Shown: positions 33,825-44,763 of the stretch, piece by piece
Numbering within the stretch: position 1 is the stretch's first letter
Layout: every line of letters begins with the position of its first letter
Assembly: GCA_965603825.1 (NCBI GenBank)
Contig: CBFDEM010000047.1
Coordinates: forward strand, 310,001 to 374,000
Origin: Blepharisma stoltei ATCC 30299
Lineage: Eukaryota > Protista > Ciliophora
DNA length: 64,000 bases
Direction of reading: 5' to 3'
Translations under genes and position numbers: made by a program
Notes under the pieces: generated by a model
Told to the model about the DNA's origin: nothing
Seen by the model: only the letters and a program-made list of their open reading frames with translations
Databases searched by the model: none

Positions 33825-36116
33825 ATGACTAGCACTGCAAAGCCTCAGCCTGCTTCAGCGCCACCTCAGTTCTTTGTTGACAATAAAAAAGGCGAAGTAA
33901 ATGAGCTTCGAACCCTTCTTAAAGGCATAATGAATCAGCGCGATGTGAAAAAGCGCCGTGAAGCAATCAAAAAGGTTATTGCATATATGACATTAGGTAT
34001 AGACGTATCTAAACTGTTTACAGATATGGTACTCATATCATCTACTAATGATATAGTGCAGAAAAAGATGATTTATCTTTATTTAGTAACTTATGTTGAA
34101 GCAAATCAAGATCAAGCTTTGATGGCGATAAATACTTTTTCGAAGGATTGCCGAAGAACAAATCCTGATGCGAAAATAAGAGGCCTAGCTCTAAGAAGCT
34201 TGTGCTCTTTAAGATTTCCAGGAGCTATGGAATATATTCAAGGAGCTATCACAGAAGGCTTAGGAGATCCAGACCCCTATGTGAGGAAAATCGCTATTAT
34301 AGGGCTCATCAAACTGCACAGATCTTCGAAAGAGCAAGGAATTGGAGACTCTTTTATCAATACTCTGTATGAACTTATAAGAGACACAGACCCTATAGTC
34401 TCTTCTAACGCAATAATCGCTTTAAATGAAATACTAGAAAATGAAGGAGGTATTGCAATCAACAGAAAAATGGTCGTTTACTTGCTTAATAGGATTCATC
34501 AATATAATGAATTTGGCCAAAGCACTATTTTTGATATAATTGCACGATATTCTCCACAAGATGACGAAGAAATGCTGGACATTTTAAATATTTTAGAAGA
34601 CAGATTAAGGCATGCATCAAGCAGTGTAGTGCTAGGGTGCATCAAGGTTTTTATGAATATGACCAAAGACAACCCGGTGCTGTTGAAACAAGTATTTTCA
34701 AGAGTCCAAGCTCCACTTATTACACTTTTTGTAGGTGGAGAAGTATCAGAAGCTTATGAGTTGTCATATTGTGTATTGGCGCATATAAGCTTGATAATTT
34801 CAAGAGGAGCTGCTGAGGTGTTTGAAAATGACTATAAAAATTTCTTTTGCAAATATGACGAGCCTACATATATCAAGTTTTTGAAAATCGATATACTTAT
34901 GATGATTGCAACAGAAAACAATTTAAATGATATTGTAAATGAATTATGTGCCTATGTCACTGATGTCAATATAGAAATGAGCAAGCAGTCTATCAGATCA
35001 ATTGCTTTGATTGCAATGAGAATTCAATCTTCAAGCACCGCAGTAATCAGACAGCTTGTCGGTTTTCTAAGCTGTGGGATAGACTACGTTATTACAGAAA
35101 CTCTAGTAGCCATGAAAGACTTATTAAGAAAGTATCGAAGTTTAAGCGAAGAAATTGTGCCTCAGCTTACTAGCACTCTAGATGTAGTCAGCAACGATGA
35201 AGGAAAAGACACTCTCATATGAATAATTGGAGAATTTGGTAATCAAATAGACCAGGCTCCTTACATATTAGAAGGAATTATTGATAATTTTAACCCCAGT
35301 GAAAATCTGACTATAACCTATGCATTATTAACAGCTAGCGTTAAGCTCTTTTTAAAGCGCGCTCCAGAGATGCAAAATACGCTATCAACGTTATTTAAAC
35401 TGCTATTTACTGACTGTGATAATCCTGATATTCATGATAGGGCAGGATTTTATTACAAGCTTCTTCAAAATAGCCCAGATATAGCAGATCAAATAATAAA
35501 TTGCGATAAGCATCCCATACATATGTTTTTTGAGGATGATAAGACACAAGCTACAGAGGTTCTTTGTCAGGAATTCAATCAGCTGAGTGTCATTTATCAA
35601 AAGCCTGCAAAAGCGTTACCAAAGCAAAAAGCTCAGCAGGAAGTTGGAGAAGTTGAAGCAGTAAACCCTTCAAAGATTCAAAGAGAGCCAGAGCCAACAA
35701 CAGATTTATTATCACTGGACTTACTAGATCAAGATTTAGTTTCACCCCCAGCTTATTTGATTCTTCATCCAGACCCGTCAATGGATTCCATTGAATTTCA
35801 AAACCTTTGGGCGAATATTTCAGACGAAAGTCGGTTTGGCGAAAGGCTAGCAAGAGCTATTGGCTTTGAAGACGTAGAAAATCTGTTCGCCCAATTAAAA
35901 ATAGTCTGTATTGCTGGTGGGAGTGAAAATGACCACTTAAAATATTATTTCTATGCTAGAGACCAAAACAGTGGAAGCCCATTTTTGATAGAACTGAATA
36001 TCTTTATGAGAACTGGGGAGGTCCAAATGACTATAAAAGCTCAAAATCCAAGATGGATGCAAGATTTTGTAGGAATTGTCTATCAAGCCCTAGCACCAAT
36101 AATTAATAGAAGCTAA
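33825..36116 (+). CDS. AP4B1: Adaptor complex beta subunit, AP-4 beta-like, 763 aa
   Basis: KKGEVNELR, KKVIAYMTLGIDVS, IRGLALRSLCSLR, LI(W=TGA)IIGEFG, DIHDRAGFYY and a short C-terminal appendage. Confidence 0.85.
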
Positions 36117-36169
36117 AATAACAGAAAAATTGTTTAAACTACTATAGCAGTTATTATGCAAATAAGTAA

Positions 36170-36853
36170 TTATTGTTTTGAGCATGTTAAAAGTATCGCT
36201 TTATCACACTCAATCAGCAAGTCATTCTCTATTGCTCCATTTCTTACACTGATAAGCCCTCCAAACTCTGACTCTATATTCGAAAGATTCCACTTAAACC
36301 CTTCTGTTGACAATTTTGTATTCCCTTGTACAGGAAACAGCCCAAAATGTCTAAAATTTTCTCCTTTTATCAGACTTACCTTATTTAGCCCTTTTCTTAT
36401 TGGGAGAGCCAAATTTTCTTTATTATAAATGAACAAATTTTTATTTGCAAATTTTTCTTCAAAAATGATGCTCAGCATATAGAAAGACTGATCCATTCTA
36501 CCAGCCAGGTCGCCAAGGATTATTACAGGTCTTTCATCAGAGGCAAAACATAAGCTTTTTTCGCAGTCTGTTGTGCATTGGTCAGGATCGCAGATCTGTT
36601 GGACTCCAGAGAAAAATTGTTTTGTTTCCTGGGTAATATGGTTCATGTCTCCTACTATTTTTGTTGGTAGCTTATTAGCTGCTTTGGCAGCTAGAAAATC
36701 TTTTAAAGAATTTGAAGCGGCATCTGTAACAATAATATTTTTCGCACGGGGATGTAAGTTTAAGTAAAGATCTTCTAAGCCACAAATATCAAGGACGACA
36801 AGGTCTATCTCTTCGTCATTATAAATTCATGACAAGTTTATTGATTTCAGCAT
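36170..36853 (-). CDS. Thiamine pyrophosphokinase-like protein with degenerate motifs, 227 aa
   Basis: ATG 36853; IVTDAASN, IVGDMNHI, DQCTTDCEK, GRMDQ, TEGFKWNL, FGGLISVRN. Confidence 0.8.
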
Positions 36854-37171
36854 TATAAAATTCCATTTTTTCTGATCATATTCTATGCTGGAAATTTAAC
36901 ACCAAGAGCAATGGTTTTACTAATGGATTAAGGATATCTAGAGTAAATATTAACTTTATAGGGTTTTCTGGTTATTTTAATTTAAACTTGTTTATGTAAG
37001 CAGTTTATTCAATTTTGAAATAATTTTTTGGATATATGCTAATATAAGCTATATTAATTATCATGAAAACCCAATATAAATTAATAAAAATACATACTTC
37101 ACCTTCCCAAAACTTTTCTTCTGCCGATCTCTCAATCTCTTCTTCTCACATTCTCATAAACATACATAAAT

Positions 37172-37831
37172 ATGGCACAGAGTGGATGGGAAGAGACGCC
37201 TGCTCAACAGGAAGCAACTATAGAAGCTCAACCAGCAGAAGCTAAGGAATTCGAGGAAGAAGTTAAGCTCTTTGGAAAGTGGACTTATTCTGATCTCGAG
37301 GTCCGTGACACCTCTCTTACCGATTACATCAGCATTTTCAACTCCAGAGCCAAAACATTCGTCCCACACACTGCAGGCAGATGGCAAAAGAAAAGGTTCC
37401 GCAAGGCTGCTTGTCCAATCATTGAAAGACTTGTAAATTCTTTGATGATGCACGGCAGAAACACAGGTAAAAAGCTCATGGCTGTTAGGATTGTGAAGCA
37501 TACTTTAGAAATTATTCACTTGCTCACAGGCGAAAATCCAATCCAAGTTGTCATCAATGCAGTCAGCAACGCTGGACCAAGAGAAGACTCGACAAGAATC
37601 GGAACTGGCGGTGTCGCAAGACGTCAAGCAGTCGATGTGTCCCCTCTCAGAAGAGTCAACACAGGAATTTACTTAATCTGTGCAGGCGCAAGAGCTTCAG
37701 CCTTCAGAAACGTCAAGACTATTGCAGAATGCTTAGCTGATGAGATAATGAACGCCGCCAAAGGATCAGCAAACAGCTATGCCATCAAGAAGAAGGACGA
37801 AATTGAAAGAATTGCTAAGGGCAATCGTTAA
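37172..37831 (+). CDS. RPS5: 40S ribosomal protein S5 (uS7)
   Basis: [43 protein letters not shown]. Confidence 0.98.
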   Translation: MAQSGWEETPAQQEATIEAQPAEAKEFEEEVKLFGKWTYSDLEVRDTSLTDYISIFNSRAKTFVPHTAGRWQKKRFRKAACPIIERLVNSLMMHGRNTGKKLMAVRIVKHTLEIIHLLTGENPIQVVINAVSNAGPREDSTRIGTGGVARRQAVDVSPLRRVNTGIYLICAGARASAFRNVKTIAECLADEIMNAAKGSANSYAIKKKDEIERIAKGNR

Positions 37832-37868
37832 CTTAATCAGCTTAAGTTTTTACTCTGGATTATTAAAT

Positions 37869-38855
37869 ATGGATATAAATTTACCACCCGTAAAGCCAAT
37901 TGTGTCATCTAGAAATAAAATTGACTCTTCGAGGAACACGCACTCTACAGAAAGCTTGTATGGAGTTTATACACGAAATCATTTGCAAAACCAAAAAAAT
38001 TCCCTTTATGCTAAAGGGAATATTCTAGTAGAAAGTAAACCCAAGCTAAAAATCCCTAGCTCCTACAAATCTTCACGACAAGTCCAATATGAAAGCCAGC
38101 CTAAAACAGATCCAAAAATATTTACAAGTTTTGATAATTCAACTCAGCGCTCATTTACTCCTAATGAAAAACCAAAAATCGAAGTATGAAAAACTTCACC
38201 AAGGAAAATCAGGTCAGGTTTAAATGAAAATTCACAAGGTGAGTTAAAAATACTAAAAGAAGAAGTAGAAAGGCTAAATTTGGTTATAGAAAATATGAAG
38301 AAAATCCATAGTGAAGAGGAAAAAAAATTAATGAGCCTTATTGAAAAACTTGAAAAAGAGCTGGAAAGTATAAAAGCAGGGTACAAGGAAACAGTTAAAA
38401 CTCTTGCAGGAACTGTAAATAAATATGTGGACGATGAAAAGAATGCAGATGCGAGTAAAGAACTGATAAATGTGCTCAAAGAGCAGCAAGAAAAACTAAA
38501 ATTAGAGCTCGACGAAGTTATTGAGATGGTGGTAAGCCAGCCTTCCAAATCAGCTAAAATTTTACTAATTGAAGAAGGAGATAAAATATTTAATATAGTA
38601 AGCAACGAAAGTTTGTCAAGCACTGGAAAATTCCAGAACTTCGAAGAAAATTTGCCTCTTGAAGCAAATTTAATAAGAAAGCCTATTGTTGAAGTAATTG
38701 CACTATATGACTACCATCCGGGATTTTCAGACCATTTGAGCTTTAAAGCTGGAGATAGGATCTCTGTAATGAGTAAAAATGAAGATGGGTGGTGGCATGG
38801 GAAAATTGGGGAGAAATTTGGAAGATTTCCAAGCAATTACATTTTACTTGACTAA
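37869..38855 (+). CDS. Coiled-coil protein with C-terminal SH3 domain, 328 aa
   Basis: ALYDY...LSFKAGD...GWWHG...GRFPSNY; joined through TGA 38187-38189. Confidence 0.85.
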
Positions 38856-40022
38856 TTTGAGCTATAAATAATAAAGTACAAGATTTATATTAATATTAAT
38901 ATATTATTTCTTAAAAAATAATAGTAAATGAAAATAAGACTTTGGATAATTTTATTAAATATGCCTTAGGCTGAAAGTAAAGTCAAAATATTTCGGACTG
39001 AGTCTTAATTATATGTTTCATAAAAAAAATCGATTTAATTTTTACACAACTCATAATGTGGAATTAACTTTAGATATATGTGTAAAATTGCGACTTTATT
39101 AGTCATTAAATGATATTAATTATATATTCGTAATGCAAGATATGCTTAAATTTTTTTCCAAAATTTGCGGCAAAGGTTCAAATGTTTTCGTCAATTATTT
39201 TCGAAATAGACTAAAAATTTTACAATAGTTGCTTATAATTAGATTATTATTCATTATTTTAAGAAAATTAAGAGTTATATATGGCAGCTTTATAGAGTTT
39301 AAAAGCTCAATAACGGATATCTTATAAGAGATGATGTGAGCATATGGCTAACAAGAATTGATTTCAACTGATTTATTCGAAATAAATAATTTTGATTTTA
39401 AAGCATTTTCTTTTAGCTGCTGTATTCATTATCCGAAAAACTTTAAACTTATTCGTTTAAGGATCATATCACCCTTGAAAATATAAAGATATCTTATATC
39501 ATTGAGATTCAGGAAGCAGCCAACAATCCACCTTTTAAGAAAAGTATAAATTAATTGAAAAATAGATTATTCATAAAGGCAGTCACTCTAAAAGAGCATC
39601 AATAGCTTAATATCTTTCATCCATAGTTACCTATTTCCCATTTAATAACACCTATAATCCAAGCAGCATGCTTTTTCATCTTTAGAAGTTTAGTATTAAA
39701 AGCTATGAATCCATCTTGAAAACCCTTCAAGAATTTCAAGAATTTCACGAATTTATTGTTCTTTTCGACTCAACCTCATAATTTTTTCTAAAAAATTTCA
39801 GTTTCTTCGAATATCCTCTTAATTTTTACCCTATATATAAATTAAAAGAGTTTTCTTAGGCAAAATACAGAAAGTCTTAAACCTTTAAGCTTCAAACCTT
39901 TCCTAGCGTTGCTTTGCCGAAAATTCCAGCCTAAGAGCCCATCCTTTCGAAATTTAAAATCCCCTTATTTTCAGAAATTATTTATGATTTCGCTTCCAAA
40001 ATTCAAAACGGATACAATAAAA

Positions 40023-42869
40023 ATGTCAGCGAAAATTGTGATTGCCTTGGTCCTGATAGCCTTAGCAAATACAGCCCAAGGATTGCAGGAAACCCAAAAA
40101 TTAAGAGTTTTTACTTCTCCTAAACTATTTTTACAAGTCACTCAAGATACCACAACCACTGATGAGACCTCCACTGATGAAGCATCAACTACATCTGAGT
40201 CTGAGTCTACGGAAGTAGAGCAAACTAGTGAGACAACTGATACAGCAACTACTGAGGAAAGTTCTACAACAGAGGAAGCAGCTGCAGATACTGAATCTGA
40301 GTCAACTGATGTAGAGGAATCCAGCGAAACCTCAGATACAACATCATCAGAAGAAACTTCAACTGAAGAAGCAGCAACTGAAACTGAGACTACTGAAGTA
40401 GAAGAAGCCAGTGATACTTCAGATGTTGAAAGCACTGAGGAGACTTCTAGCGAAGAAGAATCAACTGAATCTCAGTCAACTGAAGAAGCATCTAGCGAGA
40501 CTGAGGAAACAGCTGAGGAAACCTCCACAGAAGAATCAACTGAAGAAGCATCTAGCGAGACTGAGGAAACCACTGAGGAAACCTCCACAGAAGAATCAAG
40601 CGAAGCTGAAACTACTGAGGTAGAAGAGTCTAGCGAGACTGAGGAAACCTCCACAGAAGAATCAAGCGAAACTGAAACCACTGAGGTAGAAGAGTCTAGC
40701 GAGACTTCAGAAGAAACTTCTGAGGAGAGTTCTTCGACCGAAGAGGAATCTAGTGAAGAATCAGAAACAAGCACTGATGAAACCTCCGAAGAGACTGAAG
40801 AAACCTCAGAAGAGAGCACTGAGGAGACATCCAGTGAAGAATCAAGCGAATCTGAATCCTCAGAGTCTAGCAGCAGCTCTTCAGACAGCACTAGAGAGTA
40901 CTTAGAAGAAGAGATTGATGAGGATGACTCTGATCTTGACGAAGAAGACGAAGATATCCAAGATGAAGTTGAAGACTACGATGAAGAATTAGAAGACACT
41001 AAGGATGGAGAGCCTATAACTGAAGATGATCTTGAGGACTTAGTTGATGAAGTCGAAGACATTGAAGACGAATTAGATGACGACGAAACCTTCACATATG
41101 ATGGACAAGAAATTTCCAATGAAGATCTTGACGAAGTTGCTGAAAGCTACGAACAAACTTTGGACGAGATGGACTATTATGACGCTGAATCCATTGTTTA
41201 TGATGAAGAAGGCAACGTTGTCTACTATGATGAAGACGAAACTGATTGGGCCGAAGCTGAAGCTGAAGCCAAAGAAGTTTACTCATCTAACGATACTTCA
41301 GTCACTTTGACATATGATGACGTCGATGAACTCATTGACTTCTGGGAAGAAACCAGAGATCAAGTTGAAAATGGATATACAGTTGAAATCAACGGTAGGG
41401 CAGTCACTGTTGAAGACTGCGATGAAGCCATTGACCAGTTAGAAGAAATTGAAGACGATATGGACGAAGACGACCTTGTAACCATTGAGTTCTCAACAGG
41501 AAAATACACCTACACAAGAGACTATGATGAAGCTGTAGGTTATGAAGAGGAATACCAAGAAGCTGACTTAGAAGATGATGACGTAGAAGATGCATATGAT
41601 GACTTAGTAGAACTCTACAACAAAGGAGTAGCTGACGCCGAGGATGGCACTATTATCCTCAGTGTTGACGACCTTGACGATATCATCGACACTCTTGAAG
41701 ACGCTGAAGATGAAATTGACTCTGACGAGTACTATGTCATCAACGGCAAAAACTACACAGCTGAGGACTTGGATGAAATGATTGAAAGCTCTGAAGACCT
41801 GATTGATGAGATTGAAGACAACAATGCATACGCCATTGTTTATGATACAGAATCAGGCGAATATTATTATATTTCTGAAGAAGACTATGATGAAATGAAG
41901 GGTTCTGATGAAGCTTCCACAGGATCTGGCACTGCCACTGATGGTGACAGAATTTACTCCAATGAAGACTTAGACGAAACTATTGAATACTACGAAGAAA
42001 TCTATGAAGATATGGATGAAGACGACACTGTCACAATTGACGGAAAAACTTACACCTATGATGATATTGACGAAATTATTGAAGGCTATGAAGATGCTGA
42101 GGACGACTTGGAAGACGACGAGTACTACGTTGTTGACTCAGATACAGGAGTCACCTATGTAATCAGTGAAGACGAGTACGATTCAGTCACAACTGGGTCT
42201 TACTACCAAGACACAGCTCAAGTAACCAGTGATAGCGAAGTCACTTACAGCTCAGGAGACTCAGCTGATGGAGACTCAGGAGAAGTCGACTCCGATGTAA
42301 ATGTCGAAGCCTACGAAAGCTCAGCTATTTACTCAGAAGATGAGGAAGAAGCTGAAGAAGATGTAGATGAAGATGTAGATGAAGATGTAGATGAAGAAGA
42401 AGAGGAAGAGGAAACAGAAGAAGAATCTACTGAGGAAACTGAAGAATATACCTATGAAGGAACCACTGATGAAGATGATTATGATGAGGTCGATCAAGAC
42501 GAAGTCGAAGATCTACAAGAACATTACGATGAGGCTGAAGAGCAAGCTGAAACTGGAGTTATTGTTGCTACTGAAGATGATATAGAAGATGTAGAAGATG
42601 ATTTAGAAGATGTTTCTGATGAATTAGAAGATGCCGAGCCAGGCACAACTGTAACTGTAGGATCTTATGAGCTTGACTATGAAGATGTCAAGTCTTTGGA
42701 AAATGAAGCTGAAAATGTTGAGGATACTTTAGACGATGATGACTACGAGTCTGTTAGTTATGACGTAGAAACAGAGACCGTTTCATATAATGATGAAGAT
42801 GAAACTGACGATTTATATGAAGAACAAGACGAATACTATGAGTGTCAAGAGTGCAAGAACAGTTCTTAG
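40023..42869 (+). CDS. Secreted, extremely acidic repeat protein, 948 aa
   Basis: Signal peptide MSAKIVIALVLIALANTAQG, an E/S/T low-complexity stalk, then five D/E/Y-rich modules of about 80 aa and a terminal CQEC. Confidence 0.88.
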   Translation: MSAKIVIALVLIALANTAQGLQETQKLRVFTSPKLFLQVTQDTTTTDETSTDEASTTSESESTEVEQTSETTDTATTEESSTTEEAAADTESESTDVEESSETSDTTSSEETSTEEAATETETTEVEEASDTSDVESTEETSSEEESTESQSTEEASSETEETAEETSTEESTEEASSETEETTEETSTEESSEAETTEVEESSETEETSTEESSETETTEVEESSETSEETSEESSSTEEESSEESETSTDETSEETEETSEESTEETSSEESSESESSESSSSSSDSTREYLEEEIDEDDSDLDEEDEDIQDEVEDYDEELEDTKDGEPITEDDLEDLVDEVEDIEDELDDDETFTYDGQEISNEDLDEVAESYEQTLDEMDYYDAESIVYDEEGNVVYYDEDETDWAEAEAEAKEVYSSNDTSVTLTYDDVDELIDFWEETRDQVENGYTVEINGRAVTVEDCDEAIDQLEEIEDDMDEDDLVTIEFSTGKYTYTRDYDEAVGYEEEYQEADLEDDDVEDAYDDLVELYNKGVADAEDGTIILSVDDLDDIIDTLEDAEDEIDSDEYYVINGKNYTAEDLDEMIESSEDLIDEIEDNNAYAIVYDTESGEYYYISEEDYDEMKGSDEASTGSGTATDGDRIYSNEDLDETIEYYEEIYEDMDEDDTVTIDGKTYTYDDIDEIIEGYEDAEDDLEDDEYYVVDSDTGVTYVISEDEYDSVTTGSYYQDTAQVTSDSEVTYSSGDSADGDSGEVDSDVNVEAYESSAIYSEDEEEAEEDVDEDVDEDVDEEEEEEETEEESTEETEEYTYEGTTDEDDYDEVDQDEVEDLQEHYDEAEEQAETGVIVATEDDIEDVEDDLEDVSDELEDAEPGTTVTVGSYELDYEDVKSLENEAENVEDTLDDDDYESVSYDVETETVSYNDEDETDDLYEEQDEYYECQECKNSS
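40140..40890 (+). repeat. Coding E/S/T minisatellite with near-identical 60-bp and 57-bp units
   Basis: TCAACTGAAGAAGCATCTAGCGAGACTGAGGAAAC... recurs at 60-bp spacing (about 40477 and 40537). Confidence 0.85.
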
Positions 42870-43022
42870 AAATTTTAATACAATTAATAATTCATTTATT
42901 TTACTATTTAATCTGACTTTAATTCCAATCAATAATTAGGTTTGATAAAAGATATATTTAATTATAGATATTCACAATTTTTAATAAAATTTAATATTAA
43001 TATTTAATAAAAGATTTAATTG

Positions 43023-44552
43023 TTATTCTTTACTTCCAAAAGAATTTCCTAATGATTTTATTGTCGCCTTTATTTTTCTTGCTTCTTCTAAAGCTTCAGG
43101 TCTAATCAAAAATGGTTTAATGTATTTATTATCAAAATACCTCCATTTCCTATGAAATGCTGATTTTTCTTCAAGATCTTCTTTAGCGATAATAACTTTT
43201 CTATATCCTAAGGCTTCTTCTCCAATAGACTTTTCAGGATCTATAACTACAGTTTCCTCTTCTTTTGGATCAACCCACCACACTCACAACGGTAAGATAG
43301 TTCCAAAACTCAGGATCGTTACAATCACTAGACCTAAGACTGTGATTTTCAAGAGTTTCTCATTGTCTCCATCAACAGTTAACACTAATGCAAAACTAAT
43401 TGCGCCCCTAATGATCCCTCCTATTCAACAGACTGCTAATTGCTTAATGTTAAGTTTATGCTTTCCTCCTGATAGCAATCTCACAATTAAACTCAGCCCA
43501 AAAGTCCCACAAAGACGAGCAAAAATCGTTCCTATTATCATGAAGAACAAGAAAACTCATGAAATGCTGAAAACATCATAGCTAAGGGTTGTCATACCCA
43601 GATAAGAAAAAATTAATGCTTCAGCTGCATCTCCTATGAAATTCATGAATTTCATACATACAATTCGAGAAGTCGGAGACATGTTATAGAAAGAATAATG
43701 CCCTGAAATAATTGAAGCTATCAAAATACAAATAACACCAGAAATTTCAAGCAGCTGGGCTATCGTATAGCCTGCCCAGGAGACGTATAGAAACAACCCA
43801 ATCATCCTGCTTGGATCATCGCCTATCGATTTAAATATTTTCGTCATATATGCAGTCAGCACACCAAAGAAAATTCCACATAAAGAACTAGTGATGCAAT
43901 TAAATAAAAATTTTCCAATAAAGATTCCAACCTCTTTAATACCAATAACGCTTAAATCCATGCTGCTTAAAGTTTGCAGCAATAAGATTCCCACCGCATC
44001 ATTAGTAACAGACTCTCCTAATAAAATGCTAAACAGCTTAGGGGTGTTTTCCTCTTTAATCATGGCAAGCGTACACGCGATATCTGTTGAAGACAAGACT
44101 GCACCTATCTTTAGCCCATCTTGAAGAGGGATATGATAGGTTTTCCCATTTTTTATTATCAAGCCGAGTTCGCTAAAAAGGTAAGCCTCAAGCCCAATGA
44201 CTATAAAAGAAGTCAATGTGCCTCCTATGCCGAATAGGAAAATTGAGCCAATGTTTTGGAAGAATCTTTTGCGTTTGAGGTTATATCCTGCGTTAAGAAT
44301 TAGGAAAGGAAGCATAAAATTGAAGAAAATAGTTTCTTTGAACTCAGATGGGCTTCTTCAGGTCTGATTATAAATTACTGCTCCCATAAGCGATCCAATC
44401 GCAATTCCAATCACAATTACAACGCCTGATTCATGAAGGAACCAAAACTAAGTAAAAATTACTCCCCATTTCTGAAGATAAGTACCGAGGATCATAAAAA
44501 GAGTTACGAACATCAGGCATAGGAAAATTTCAAAAAGGAGGACGTCAACCAT
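43023..44552 (-). CDS. Na+/H+ exchanger (CPA1/NHE family), about 504 aa
   Basis: FLHESG, FFNFMLPFLILNAGYNL, LSSTD, GESVTND, (W=TGA)IGGIIRGAISFAL. Intron at 44448-44462. Confidence 0.92.
44448..44462 (-). other. 15-nt spliceosomal intron
   Basis: GTAATTTTTACTTAG on the minus strand; phase 0. Confidence 0.88.
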
Positions 44553-44763
44553 ATTTTCCTTATTTTATGCGGTTTTTAATTTTATCGAAATTTTAATGAA
44601 AGTGCTACCTATTATTATAGAGCTTAATCTATAGTAATTTTTATGATTATAAATTTTGGTTTGGTATATCTTGGCATTTCTTCTCCTGAATATTTAACTT
44701 AAAATAGAAATTATTTTTTTCCGAGTCTTCTAATCTATATTCTAATTTAATCTCAAAAATTTA

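Noticed and set aside
39909-40022. ORF-track N-terminal extension of the acidic protein
   Set aside because: It starts at a non-ATG codon; ATG 40023 directly precedes a clear signal peptide.
40142-40891. Long S/V/D-rich antisense ORFs
   Set aside because: They are a by-product of the low-complexity sense-strand codons.
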